The translations under genes and the position numbers were made by a program. From contig NW_003314342.1 of the NCBI RefSeq assembly GCF_000143415.4, positions 720,173-784,172 on the forward strand: a stretch of DNA of 64,000 nucleotides, written 5' to 3'. The notes beneath the pieces are model-generated. The model was not told the origin of the DNA. It did no database searches and worked only from the letters and a program-made list of their open reading frames with translations. Each line of letters opens with the position of its first letter. The first letter of the stretch is position 1. This stretch comes from Selaginella moellendorffii (lineage: Eukaryota > Plantae > Lycopodiophyta). Positions 43,316 through 56,160 of the stretch are shown piece by piece.

Positions 43316-46148
43316 TCATGTCGTCTGCCACTTGAACTCAGTGCCAAGAATAAAAACACTTCTGACCGAGTGCTTCTCACTCTTCCATGTCAGTGTTCCA
43401 GTTTGTGGGAACTTGGATGAATCAACTGTGAATTGGATCTGGAAACTTAGAACCTGGAACACGGATTTAAACCTGAGCTGTGGAGGAAACACCGCGACAG
43501 TCACTCCCGCCGGAGCTTCTACTGAAATGTTGTAGACCGACTTGCCAGCTCCAACGTTGGTAACTTTCCTGTTCACCACCGCTTTGGTGGAATTTGGCCC
43601 GCCAAACTGAGTGATGGGAACCGCGATGGATGGATAGTTCAACTCCAAGTAGGAGTCCAGGGGTACACAAGATAAGTTCTTTCCAGTCATGAGCTCCAGC
43701 TGATCCCTTGTGTAGTTCCTCGTGCATAGAAACATCGTGTATTCATCCGGAGATATGTCGTAGACCAGGCCAGGACTAAGCGCTGCGACTGGATCAATCT
43801 GTCCGGCTCCCATCACAAATGGTGAAGCTTCTTCCCCATTGTGGTCTTTGATTGGGCTCTTTGTGTTGTCCAGGAAGCGTGCTACAAACACCAAACAAAC
43901 GATCAAAGAGGGAAAACTAGTTGTTTTTGTTCTCTTTGGTACCTGTTGTCATGAGAGCCGACTTGATGGCTGCTGGACTCCAACTCGGGTGCCTGGATTT
44001 GACAAAGGCCGCGGCAGCACTGGCGTGAGGACACCCCATGGAAGTTCCAGAGATTATGTTGAAGTCGGTGTACATTGGCTTGCCATAATAGTTGATGGGC
44101 TGCTCGGGACTCCATGCAGCCAGTATGTCCACACCAGGAGCAACGAGATCGGGCTGTAAAGATAAGACTCCCAGTTTATATTAGTAAGACTCTCCTCCAG
44201 ATACCTTAAGAATGCCATCGTTGGTAATATCAGGTCCCCTCGATGAGAAATCCGCAATGATTGGGGCTGAAGTGGTTTGTATGATCGTATGTGCTGGAGA
44301 GATGGTCGCTGTAGTATTCCTTGAGAAAAGTTTAAAAGACGTCAAGAAGTCTCAAACCAAAAATGCATGAAAGCTTGTGTACCTCGAGTTCTTCAGGTAG
44401 GCATTAATCTCGTCCAAGGCGCTCCCAGTGACAGCAGCTCCAGCAAGATCAAGGAAGGACACTGCCTCTGTCGTATTTTCAATCGCCAAAATTACTCCAG
44501 AGGCACCAAGTTCTTTAAGATGTCGCTGGATGGCCCAGGATGATGCAACGCCCGGACTGTAATTGCACAAGACAATCTTTCCCTTGACCTTCTTCCCATC
44601 CAAAGAACGTCCTGCACATAGGCTTAATGCCAAGTATGTTTTAGTGATAAGCTTTCATTCAGCTGAAACAGTGTTAGTTTTATCACCTGGCCTGTCCTAT
44701 TCGATCAGATCTAGAAGAAGCATCACCACCCAAAATAAGCGTTGATATATCAGCCCGCCTGGGATTCATTGCTATTCCCTGTTATATATACATGAGAAAG
44801 GAAAAATTCACGAAAAACAATCAAGTACCTGAACGGTTTTAGAGTTTCCAAGTGTGATGTCGACCGAGAACTTCCTGTCGATAGTGCTTGCTCCCACTGT
44901 CAAAATCCATGGAGCCGAGTTCTCGATGGTTTGGAAGCCTGGACCTCCATTTCCAGCAGAACATGATACAAAAATTCCCTTCTGCATTGCATGTAAAGCA
45001 CCAATGGATAAAGCACCAATGGGTATGGAATCCCCGTCATATCCGGTGGTATCTTCACCCAGCGATAACGAGAGAATATCTACACCGTCGTGAATTGCGT
45101 CGTCGAATGCTGCGAGAATGTTGTCACCCTCACATTCTGGCGTGCAAACCTTGTAGATCGCAAGCCTTGCGGATGGATGGCCCCCTCGAGCAACTCCTTT
45201 TCCAAGAGTTGTTAAAAAAGTGGCGTCTGTTACCAGGCTTCCAGCGATGGTGGAGGCCGTGTGAGTTCCATGCCCCTGTTCGTCCCGAGCGTTTTGATAA
45301 CGGCTCCCCACGTCCGAGTGTCCATAAGATCGAGCTCCTACAATTTTCCTGAAACAAATCACAATGCTTGAGAGATGAACCCAAGAGTGATCTTACTTGT
45401 TGCAGTGGATCGTGTGTGAATGATTGGTGATTTTGGAATTGTCACATACTCCTTTCCATCTCTTTGGCACCGGTCCCATCCCAGCGTCGTCGAAGCTCTT
45501 GGACTCCGGCCAAACACCTGGAAGTGGATAATTAACTCGGAAGTAAGCTTTTTCCATGATTACCAGTATCCAGGACTCCCACAATGACATCCGATCCGGA
45601 GCTAGAGTTGAGTTGAATGTGCGGACCACCAGAAAAGCTGTCGAGAAAATCCCAAGAGCGTGTTGTGTGGAGACTGAGTTTTCTGGAACGGAAAACCTTA
45701 ACCACGCCAGGAAGCTCTGATAAACCAACACATCAAAACTCGTGACGAAAGCTTCAAGGAGAGGCATACTTGCAATGGAGTCGGCTTCGGCTGCAGTCAA
45801 GAAGGCGGAGAAGCCATTGAAACCGTGCTTGTAGCTGTGAACCAGCGACGATTCCTTGCTAAACATCAAACACAGTGAGGAGAAAAGAAAAATTGTTGCA
45901 AGAGGATTGTTTCGTACCTCCCCTTGACAGAGGCAAGAATTTGGTGATGAGACGATGTCACAGCCTCCGGTTTAGAGCTCCCAGTGTGCCCCAAGTAGAC
46001 AATGTATTTGCTAACAGGCTGCCAAAAACACCCAACTTCTTAGAAATCTATCAAGCCGGAGAAAGGAAAAGATCACCTCGTTGGTTGCGGCAGCAGCAAG
46101 AACAGCAAGAGCAGCAAGCGAGAAAAAGACTCGCTCCATCCCAAGCAT
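43316..46148 (-). CDS. Subtilisin-like serine protease, copy 4
   Basis: Same structure as copy 1; 15-bp in-frame insertion ([14 protein letters not shown]), 15-bp deletion of VLWGY and altered C-terminus [11 protein letters not shown]. Confidence 0.9.
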
Positions 46149-46418
46149 CGCTCCAGGGAAATCGTCTCCCCATGCGGCTCCATTTTAATGGCTAAAGCGC
46201 GGGTGGAAGCTCCAACCACGGGCAAAGGCCACTCCGCCATAAGTCTCGTCCATTTCTATCGGATCACGCATCATATCACCAAAATCCAAAGAAAGAACCT
46301 CATTCCCGCCAAATAACTTAAACCACTAAACCCGAGCTAGGGCATTGTTTTACCGCATTAAAACAAAGACTAGAGTTACAAAGAGTGTTAAATCACTCGC
46401 TCTCTCTCTCGTGTCTAG

Positions 46419-46996
46419 CTAGCTTCTATGACGCCTTTGCTGTGAAGGGGCCGCAACGCTAGCCTTCTTATAATGCAAAGTTTTTTGATGAGCAGCTTGA
46501 TTAGGATGTACCCACTGTCCATAAGAAGAATTAGCAGCTGCGGTTCCACCACCACCACCACCACCACCACCACCACCACCGCCACTACCAGCGGCACTAC
46601 TAGCAGAAGGCGGTGGCGGAGGCCCTGGCGGTAGAGGTGGCCGCAAGACTGGAAATCCTCCGCCTGGATTCGACGAGCTATCCTGCTGCTGCTGGTGATG
46701 ACTCCCAAGAACTTGGAGAGCTTGTTGCTGCTGCTGGAGATTTCCTCCACCTGCTGTTGGTCTTGGCCACTGCATTCCCAGCCCCTCGGACGTCGTCGTG
46801 TAAGCCTCGGCCGGCGGCTGGAGAAATCCCCCCTGAGAGCTCTGATGAAGATGGTGGTGACGAAACGAGGACTCCCCGCCGCCTTGGAGCTGATGGAACG
46901 CCTCCAAACCTCCGCCACCACCACCACCACCACCACCTGGCATTGGAATGTATCCCTCGTACTCAAACTCTGGAAGATCGTTGCCATCTTTGCACT

Positions 46997-47027
<31 letters not shown>

Positions 47028-49879
47028 GAAACCCGGTGGCCCCCCATCGTAACCCGGTAACGTCGAACCTGGTAGCACCGCGGTGAGAGCCTGGAGGAGA
47101 CTGGGATGGAAGCCCGGCGGGAGAAGACCCTCTAGAAACGGAGGAGGAGGAAGGGCCGACTCGGCGATGGTAGCAGCGGGAGTTGGGCTACAAAGGCTCG
47201 ATTGCTGGTGCCATTCATTTACAGAATGCTGCTTTACAACACTTTGCGATTGAGATGGAGAGACGCTCTTCACCCGGGATGGACTGGGATGCTTAGCAGA
47301 GGCGAGAGAGGGGGGAGGAGGAGCAGCGATGGTGGCGGTGGCGGTGGAGGGAGCGGCGGTGGAAGAACTGGACTTGCCTCGGGAGTGCTTACTGCTGGGA
47401 GCTCTGGACGAGCCTCTCTTACTCTTTTCGGCGGACGACGGCTTTCTACTCTCGCTCTTGTCGGAGGGATTCTTCCGCCAGACGACGCAGCCCACTAGCA
47501 CCTCGCTCTTGTCCTTGGGGAGATCGGCGCTGGGTTTTAACCGACCGTTTTCAGTTAAGAATTTCCAGGTTGCCTTTCCAGGGGGGAAGAGATAGAGCTC
47601 GTAGCCCGTCCCAGGCTCCACATAGCCCACACGCTCTCCTTTCTCATATTGATCGGCAACCTGTGACAAAACAAAGAGAGCTCCTAAGTGAAGTTCCTTA
47701 CACACGCAAAAGACACGGGAACTTCTTCGTACCTCTTTGAGAAGCGAAAGCGAAGACGTAGCCATGTCACTCGAGTAAAAAGACATCACCTACGTAACAA
47801 AACGCACGCAAGAACAAACATTAAGAAGCTTGACCAACCAACGTAAAGATCTTTCTTTGCAAACATACCGTGACCGCTCTGGATTTCGAGTTACATAGAT
47901 CCTTGAGAAACTTAGCAAGAGGTCCCAGCTTTACTCTTCCTTTCACTTCAAGCTGCTTCGGCCACGCATCTAACTTCACGTCGTGACGTCCACTGCCAAA
48001 TCCGAAGGAAACAACACCGTCAATAACCTCGTTGGTGATTGAGATCAAACAAGTCCTAAAAAAGAAAAAAGAACTTCCAGATTCCTCCACGAAGCGTTAG
48101 CGACACGAATGCAGAAAAGAAAAGAGAAAACAAACCCGAGTCTCGAGTCTAACCTTCTAAACATCCCGTGCACCGCTGTCGAGCGAGTCCCAGTGAGTTG
48201 CAAGCTCCCCTCCCAAAGCTGTAAGTTAAGTGGCTTCTCTTCCCCGTTCATCGGCGATTGCTTTCTCGATGGCGAGCTGCTTTTGTCATTTTGCTTGCGC
48301 TCGTTGTCACCTAGCTTCCTTTTCAAACTATTCCCTGCTGTCGTCGTAGCACTGCCACTAGCCTTTTCGTCCGCCTTGGAGCCATCTATCGCTTCCGTAA
48401 CTTCTTCTCCCTCTTTCTTTACGTCCACGGCCTTTGTGTCTCCTCCAGTAGTACACCCCAAGGACTTCAAAAACCCATCCATAGACATAATTTCGGGCAA
48501 CCCCTTGAAATCAGACACATCGAGTAGTGGAGGATCACTGCTAGCTTCAAAACTCTCGCCGCCAGCGGCACCACCCTCGTCTGGAATCGTGCCGCCAGTG
48601 TCGCTGAGGAGCGGCGGCGCTTCCACCGCTTCTCTCGCCGCTGACACCATCGTAGCATCAGCCGTAGCATCATCAGCCTCCTTAGCGTCGACCATCTCCG
48701 CATCTCTTTCCTTTTCGCCATCTACGACTTTCTCGTCTGCCGTTTCTTTCTCCTGAGTTCCCTCCTCTTCTTTCTCCTGAGTTCCCTCTTCTTCTTCTCC
48801 CTCTTTCTCTTCTTCATCTTCAGACCTCTCTTGAGCAGCATCTTCACTGGCGCTAGCACTCACGTCCCCACCCTCGACTTCCTTCACCGGAGCAACCGGA
48901 GCGTCACTGTCCACCTCCATGATAATCTCCCCCTTGTGGGTCTTCTTCACGATCTTGCTGGGATTCACATCCTCGTCGGTGATCACCACCTTCTGCGCGC
49001 GCTCCTCCGCCTTGGCCATCCTCCACTGCGACAGCTCCTTGGACGCGAGCTGCTCGATGGTCATGGAGCAAAGCTGCTCGGGGCTCACCTCACCGACGAA
49101 CACACGGGCCCTCAGATCTGGGTTGTTCTTGTCCTTGAGATTGAAAACCAGCGACCTCGCCTTCTCCTTGTACTTCCTGTTCACGGCTTTGAAGACCCGC
49201 AGCAACTCGATCTCTATGTTCTTGGAAACCAGCTTCGCGTGCTCCGTCACCCTTTCCTCCCACCGAAAGCCCAGCTCGTCACTATCCATCCTCATCCTCT
49301 TGCTAGGAGAAGACGACCCCTTGCCACCGAAAACTTGGAGCTTGGAGCGCTTGGCATGCGGGACTAGCGACTCCTCCACCACCATTGGAGCTGCCTCGAA
49401 GTCGTGGTGGGAATCCACAACGCCACCACCATTGAGAAACGCCAGGATCTTTTCCTTCGGGTGCTCACCGGCGACCATCTTGAGAGCCTCCGTCAAAGAG
49501 TCCCGGAGCTTGCTTCTAATGGCATCGGGTCCCTGTGGAGCGGCGATTTGAGGGTTCTTCTCTGCTACAGTGGAAGAGGGCTTTCTCTCCTGGACGTAGA
49601 CGGGGACCGTCATCACCGGGTTGGAGAATGGATCCATCATGATGCCGTAAGATTCCCACGGCATCGTCGGCTGCGGCATGCCATAGCCGGGGAACTGCTG
49701 GAAATCCTCCATCTACGCGAGAAGAAAACAATCAGACTAATTCTCCAGCCAATGGAGAGAAGGGCTTACCCTCAGAAAAGGCTGATTCTCGTCGCTCGGC
49801 ATTGCGTCCTGGAAAGAGAACACGCTCGCTCGTAAACCCTACCAAGAACGAATCGATGATTCCATAGCGCACTTACCAT
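46419..49879 (-). CDS. TFIIS central-domain + SPOC domain protein (BORDER/PHF3/Bye1-like), multi-exon
   Basis: TFIIS-M: IEIEL..KYKEKARSLVFNLKDKNNPDLRARV..GEVSPEQLCSMT.EQLASKEL. Acidic linker, then SPOC: LWEGSLQL, WPKQLEVKGRVKL..FL..L..SKSRAVTV, ELYLFPPG. Gln/Gly/Pro tail. The start (ATG|gtaagt at 49879) is tentative; the main exon begins at 49712. Confidence 0.88.
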
Positions 49880-50172
49880 TGCGAAGATCTTTGCGGCAGT
49901 CAGCCCGCCGCCTCCATTGATTCGCAACGATTCGCGCCCGCAACGTAGCCCCGCGAAGAAAAAGAGGAGGCGGCTATGGCGACGAATCGAGATCACTTAA
50001 CCCTAACCGTACCCCCGGCAGTGCCGTACCAGATATTTGCCGACTAAACGGAATATCCTATTGCAGAACAAAATATTCGAATACCAGACGGAATATCCAT
50101 GCGAATCGTCGCGACCCTTGGGAGATTTTGCGCGACATCTAATCAAATCCGCGAGCGATCGATCGATCCGCC

Positions 50173-50517
50173 ATGGCGAAGCGACGGTCGTCCAAGAGAT
50201 CCGGGGGGAAGCGGGCGCCGGGGCCATACATGCTCTTCTGCAAGGCGAACAGGAAGAAGATCGTCAAGCAGCATCCATCGGCGAGCTTTGGGCAGATTGG
50301 GAAACTGCTGGGATCGGCGTGGCACAGCCTCTCGCCCAAGGAGAAGAAGGTACCGTAGAAGATGTGATCACTAATCGAATGGATCCATCCAAGGTCGTCT
50401 CGCAAGAGCAGCAACGCAAAATTTCCAGCGAATCGATCATCCAGTGTTGGGGCAATGCAGGCCTACGAGAAGAAAGCTAGGCGTGGGCGGAAGAAAGGCC
50501 GCAAATCCAAGCGCTAG
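50173..50517 (+). CDS. Small (77 aa) highly basic single HMG-box protein; exons 50173-50349 and 50461-50517
   Basis: KRAPGPYMLFCKANRKKIVKQHPSASFGQIGKLLGSAWHSLSPKEKK|AYEKKARRGRKKGRKSKR*; a phase-0 GT-AG intron completes helix 3. Confidence 0.85.
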
Positions 50518-50838
50518 AGCTAAGATCATCGATGGGTATCAATGCCGGATCGATGATACCTAGTTCTCTCAAGATCAATTGCCAGATTTCACACTACACA
50601 CTGAGATCTTCTTGAATCCAACCTCTTTTCGAATATTCGTCTTTTAGTTTATTCTCTTGGAATATTTTGGTGTCCCTGGAATAATACTAAGTTCTAGGTA
50701 GAGCTTGGCTCTTGACAACCCCGCAAGGTCACTGCTAGGATATAGCGGTAATGTGTCGCTCTACGGCCCTTAGCCTCCGATTGGGGCGGCGGCTAGGCTT
50801 ACAAATTCCAGTGTCAGCGCTCCAGATTCTCCACGGCC

Positions 50839-53011
50839 ATGGCAGCGGCGGCTTCGTCCCTCCTCTTCGACTGCAAGCTCGCGTGTGGATCGCCGCGGCA
50901 GCACCAGCGGCGCCATGGATCTAGGGTGAGGCGCGGTGTGGTGTGCTGCAACAAGGATGGATCTTCGCCGGCTCCGTCGAGAATCGTGCCCAGGGCGGTG
51001 GCGGAGGACGCCGTCGATGAGATTACGGCGGCGCCGGCGCTGGATGCTGGTAGATTGGTGCCCAGGGTGAAGCAAATCGATAACTACTGGGTGCTCAAGC
51101 CCGAGTTTCGAAAGGGGATCAATCCGGCCGAGAAGGTAGGGGAGGGATTTTGATTTCCTTTCAGTGTGTTGATTTCGCCATGGACAGATCAAGATCGACA
51201 AGGAGCCGATGAAATTGTTCATGGAGAATGGGATCGAGGAGCTCGCAAAGAAGCCCTTTGACGAAATCGATGCAGACAAGGAGTCCAAAGAAGATGTGGA
51301 CGCTCGGCTCAAATGGCTCGGTCTCTTCCATCGCCGCAAACACCAATGTAAGCTTTCATCGCCCTTCTCATTCTCATTCTAATTCGATTGTGATCGTTCC
51401 TTTCCTCGCAGATGGGACTTTCATGATGCGGCTCAAGCTCCCCAATGGATCGTCCACTTCGTCCCAAGTCCGCTACCTCGCCAGCGTCATTGAGAAGTAT
51501 GGAGAGAAAGGCTGCGCGGACGTGACGACGAGGCAAAACTGGCAGATCCGCGGGGTCGTTCTCAGCGATGTTCCACAGATCCTCAAGGGGCTGGAGGAGG
51601 TGGGACTGTCGAGCCTCCAGAGCGGGATGGACAACGTGAGAAATCCCGTTGGGAACCCTCTGGCGGGGATTGATCCACACGAGATCGTCGACACCCGGCC
51701 ATACACCAAAACGCTCTCGGATTTCATCATCTCAAACGGTCGAGGCAATCCCAGCATCACAAACTTGTGAGTTTTTCTTCCTTGGGTCTCTTACCTTGAA
51801 TTCCTGGTGTTTGGACTGGATTCTTAGTCGTAGGCTTGAATTCCTAGCTTGAGATTGAATGACTCGCTAGTCTTCTCGAATTTCTTGCTTCGAGGGGTCC
51901 GTTTGAATTTACGAGCGTCCGTTGACTAGTCTTGACCGGTTTTGACCAGGCCCCGGAAGTGGAACGTTTGCGTGGTGGGCAGCCACGATCTCTACGAGCA
52001 CCCTCACATCAACGACCTGGCATACATTCCCGCGACCAAGGACGGGCGATTCGGATTCAACATCCTGGTGGGCGGATTCTTCAGCCCCAAGCGCTGCGCC
52101 GAGGCGCTTCCACTCGATGCCTGGGTGCCCGGAGACGAGGTGATCCCGGTTTGCCAGTCGATCCTGGAGACGTTCCGTGACCTCGGGTTCCGAGGGAATC
52201 GTCAGAAGTGCCGGATGATGTGGCTCATCGACGAACTGGTAAGCCAGTTGACTCTTTCAGAGCAGTCGACTAATCTCTTTTTGAGTTTGCTCTCCAGGGA
52301 ATCGAGGGCTTTCGATCGGAGGTTGAGAAGCGAATGCGAGAGCCTCTGGCCCGCGCGGCCGAGACCGATCTCCTGAATCCGTCATGGCAGCGACGAGACT
52401 TGTTTGGCGTCCATCGCCAGAAGCAAGACGGGTTGAACTTCGTGGGGCTCCACGTACCAGTCGGGCGAGTCCAGGCCGCGGAGATGATCGAGCTCGCGCG
52501 GCTGGCGGACGAGTATGGCAGCGGTGAGATCCGGCTCACGGTTGAGCAAAACATCATCATCCCAAACGTTCCCTCGAGCAAAGTGGATTCTTTCCTCCGC
52601 GAGCCGCTACTGGCTCGATTCTCCCCAACGCCGGGAATCCTCCAGGCCAATCTCGTGGCGTGTACGGGCAGCCAGTTTTGTGGCCAGGCCATCATCGAGA
52701 CAAAGGCCAGGGCCCAAAAGCTGACGGAGGAGCTGGAGAGGACCATGGAGGTGCCGCGGCCCGTACGGATGCACTGGACGGGGTGCCCTAATTCGTGTGG
52801 GCAAATCCAGGTGGCGGACATTGGCTTCATGGGGTGTATGACCAGAGATGCCAACAAAAAGGTGGTGGAGGGCGTCCATATCTACGTCGGAGGTAGGGTT
52901 GGGGCGGATTCTCATTTGGGCGATCTCGTGGTGGCGGATGTGCCGTGTGATGGCTTGTTGCCCGTGGTCCAAGACCTCTTGATCGAGCGCTTTGGCGCGA
53001 GAAAGAAGTAG
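50839..53011 (+). CDS. NiR: Ferredoxin-nitrite reductase, plastid-targeted; exons 50839-51135, 51188-51347, 51412-51766, 51950-52238, 52298-53011 (604 aa)
   Basis: Transit-like N-terminus; GINPAEKIK, RLKWLGLFHRRK, FMMRLKLPNG, DVTTRQNWQIRG, LPRKWNVCV, and the siroheme/4Fe-4S motifs CTGSQFCG and GCPNSCG. Exon lengths sum to 1815 nt. Confidence 0.97.
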
Positions 53012-53162
53012 AAAGTTTTGATATTTTAAAATTTCAAAGGCGCGAATAGAATCTAAATTTTAAAAAACAAAAGTTAGAATTAGAGTGACGCTACTCCAAA
53101 AATGAGGGTTGAGGATTCGTTGGTCGTGAACTTGTCGTTTCTCTTGCTCTGGAAGATCTGGC

Positions 53163-53169
53163 TATAAAA
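53163..53169 (+). promoter_or_regulatory. TATA box of kiwellin 1 (equivalents at ~54376 and ~56092)
   Basis: GCTATA(A/T)AA followed by a conserved AGGAACTCC and a pyrimidine-rich leader, 70-90 bp before each of the three ATGs. Confidence 0.6.
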
Positions 53170-53245
53170 TGCGAGGAACTCCTTGATGTTTCCACAAGTT
53201 CTCCTCTTATCTTCTTCTTCTCCTCTCATCCTCTTCCTTGGAGCA

Positions 53246-53812
53246 ATGGCTTTTGGTGTTGGCAGCATCCTCCTCCTTGTTATGCTCTCTAGCTTGGTGG
53301 CCTCCTCTGCTGCGAGATTCTCCAAAATCCAGGACGTCTGCCAGCCATTCGGTGAGCTCCATGCCCCCGGCGGGCATTCGTGCGACGAGTGCTGTAAAGA
53401 GGGCGAGAGCTATCCCCAGTACGAATGCTCGCCGCAAGTGACTGGCGCGACCAAGGCGATCCTCACCGTGAATGACTTTGAGGAGGGCGGCGATGGTGGA
53501 GGTCCATCGGAATGTGACAACCAGTATCATGACAATTCGGAGCCTGTTGTGGCGCTCTCCACGGGCTGGTATGCAAAGGGCAGTCGGTGTGGGAAATTTG
53601 TGAGAATCTCCGCGAATGGGCGAACGGTGAGTGCAAAGGTGGTGGACGAGTGTGATTCCGTGAATGGCTGTGACAAGGAGCACGCGTTCGAGCCACCTTG
53701 CCTTAATAACATTGTGGATGCATCGCCCGTGGTGTGGAAGAAGCTGGGGGTCTCCCAGGACGATGATGACTATGGATACATGAAGATTACGTGGGCTATG
53801 GATGATGAGTGA
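53246..53812 (+). CDS. Kiwellin / ripening-related protein, copy 1 (secreted)
   Basis: Signal peptide; [74 protein letters not shown]. Confidence 0.93.
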   Translation: MAFGVGSILLLVMLSSLVASSAARFSKIQDVCQPFGELHAPGGHSCDECCKEGESYPQYECSPQVTGATKAILTVNDFEEGGDGGGPSECDNQYHDNSEPVVALSTGWYAKGSRCGKFVRISANGRTVSAKVVDECDSVNGCDKEHAFEPPCLNNIVDASPVVWKKLGVSQDDDDYGYMKITWAMDDE

Positions 53813-54044
53813 TAAAGAATTGCATATCGCCTCTATTGTATGTAAATGCGTGCTTTCTCATCTTTGCTTCGGCAGGTAACATTTACGAGATTTATACCAC
53901 CTTTGTCTTGATCTTCAAAACTTTCCTGGTCTTGGTCTTCCAAGTGGACTTGATCATCCAGAGCTCACCATTACCTTCACTGGCTCTCAAAAAACTCTCA
54001 TCCCGTCTCCACCAGGCCAGTGTGGCTGCAAGCCACGATAAATT

Positions 54045-54245
54045 CCTTGAGCAAAGTGGATTCTCTCTTGCTGCTAGCTCGATTCTCCCCAGCTCCAGGA
54101 ATCCTCCAGACCAATCTGTGTACGGGCAGCCAGTTTTGTGGCCAGACCATCGTCCAGGCCCAAACGCGGGTGGCGGACATTGAGAAGATGACTGGAGGGC
54201 GTCCATATCTTGTTGGATGTAGTGGATTCATTGGCGCGAAAAGGT
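54045..54245 (+). pseudogene. Collapsed NiR last-exon fragment
   Basis: Blocks GAGCAAAGTGGATTC, GCTCGATTCTCCCCA, GGAATCCTCCAG, TGTACGGGCAGCCAGTTTTGTGGCCAG, GGTGGCGGACATTG and TGGAGGGCGTCCATATCT are colinear with 52575-53005. Confidence 0.88.
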
Positions 54246-54463
54246 TAGAGCGGAGAGATCAAGTGGCGACGCAGTTAAAAGCGAAACGACAACGCAGTTA
54301 AAAGCGAAACGACAATCTCAGACCAACGAATCCTCAATCCTCACGACGAACGAATCCTCTTGGTTGGCGTCTAGCTATATAACGCAAGGAATTAGGAACT
54401 CCATGATGTTTCCTCAGCTTCTCCTCTTGCTCTTCTCGTCCCCTTCCTTTGAGCAAACTGGAA

Positions 54464-55024
54464 ATGGCTTCTAGTGCTGGCATCATACTTGTCCTTGTTG
54501 TGCTCTCTACCTTGGTGGCCTCCTCTGCTGTGAGATTGTTCGAAATCCAGGACGTCTGCAATCCATCCGGTGAGCTCCACTCCCCCGGCAGGCTATCATG
54601 CGATGAGTGCTGTAAAGAGGGCGAGAGCTATCCCCAGTACGAATGCTCCCCGCAAGTGACTGGCGAGACCATAGCGATCCTCACCGTGAATGACTTTGAG
54701 GAGGGGGGCTACGGTGGAGGTCCATCGGAATGTGACAACCAGTATCACGACAATTCGGAGCCTGTTGTGGCGCTCTCCACGGGCTGGTATGCAAAGGGCA
54801 GCCGGTGTGGAAATTTTGTAAGGATCTCTGCGAATGGGCGAACGGTGAGTGCAAAGGTGGTGGACGAGTGTGATTCCGTGAATGGCTGTGACAAAGAGCA
54901 CACGTTCGAGCCACCTTGCCTCAACAACATTGTGGATGCATCCCCTGCGGTGTGGAAGGCGCTGGGGATCTCCCAGGATGATGGTGACTATGGATACATG
55001 AAGATTACGTGGGCTATGGGTTGA
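54464..55024 (+). CDS. Kiwellin, copy 2
   Basis: Close paralogue of copy 1 with all Cys conserved; GGYGGG in place of GGDGGG. Confidence 0.92.
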   Translation: MASSAGIILVLVVLSTLVASSAVRLFEIQDVCNPSGELHSPGRLSCDECCKEGESYPQYECSPQVTGETIAILTVNDFEEGGYGGGPSECDNQYHDNSEPVVALSTGWYAKGSRCGNFVRISANGRTVSAKVVDECDSVNGCDKEHTFEPPCLNNIVDASPAVWKALGISQDDGDYGYMKITWAMG

Positions 55025-55139
55025 TCAAGATGTGTGTTTTCTCTATATATTGTCTTGATCTTCAAAAGTTGTGTGCGATTGAAGACGCTAGGGAAGATGC
55101 GCATTCTTGGTGCCGCACAACTTACCAAAGATTCAATTT

Positions 55140-55960
55140 GAATTTAGTGACAGGTGTTGAATTCCATTGAATGGCCTTCTCAAATTTCTTCAAGCGTTCT
55201 GATGAATGTGCAAGCGTCTGATGATTAATCTTGACCGGTTTTGACCAGGCCAAGAAAGCAATAACAAAAAAACAATGTCTATCATTTAAACTCTAAGCGT
55301 GGTCGTTCATCAACGACCTGGCATACATTCCGGCAATCGATTCGGATTCAACATCCTGGTGGGCGGATTCTTCAGCCCCAAGCGTTGCGCAGAGGCGCTT
55401 CCACTCGATGCCTGGGTATGCAAATCGATCGTTGGAATCGCCAGAAGTGCCGGATGATGTTGGGAACCAATTCAGCAGTCGATCAACTTCTCTTTCTCCA
55501 GGGAATCGAGGTCTTTCAATCGGAGGTGGAGAAGCGAATGCTAGAGCCTCTGGCCCCCGCGGCCGTCCTGGATCCGTCATGGCAGCGACGAGACTTATCG
55601 CCAGAAGCAAGATGGATTGAACTTCGCAGGGTTCCACGTACCAGTTGACGAGTACGACAGCGGCGAGATCCGGGTCAAAACATTCCCAAAAGTTTCCTCA
55701 AGAAATGGATTCTCTCTGGCTTAATTCTCCCCAACGCCGGAAATCCTCCAGGCGAACCTTGTGGCGTGTACGGGCAGCCAGTCAGGCCATCATTGAGACG
55801 AAGGTCTGGGCCTAAAAGCTGACCGAGGAGCTGGAGAGGCAGATCCAGGTGGCGGACATGGCTTCATGGGGTGTATGAAGGTCCATATCTATGTTGGGGC
55901 GGAGATGTCCCGTGGTCGAAGAAGTCTTGATCAAGCCCTTTGGCGCGAACAGTGAAAGTT
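55140..55960 (+). pseudogene. Collapsed NiR fragment (intron 3 end, exon 4, intron 4, exon 5)
   Basis: TCTTGACCGGTTTTGACCAGGCC (=51930-51952), CATCAACGACCTGGCATACATTCC, GATTCGGATTCAACATCCTGGTGGGCGGATTCTTCAGCCCCAAGCG and further blocks, colinear with NiR but with many deletions. Confidence 0.9.
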
Positions 55961-56160
55961 TTGGAAAAAGCAATTAACGATTTTAAAAAAATGTTTTGGG
56001 ATGAAAAAGTTAGGCGAGTGGAAGTGACGCTACTCCAAGAATGAGGATTGAGGATTCGTTGGTCGTGGAATTGTCGTTTCTCGAACTCTGCTATATAATG
56101 CGAGGAACTCCATGATTTCGCCACAAGTTCTCTTCTTCTTCTTCTTCAGGCAAACTAGAA

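Noticed and set aside
53809-54301. ORFs between kiwellin copies as new genes
   Set aside because: Composed of NiR pseudo-fragments and UTR sequence.
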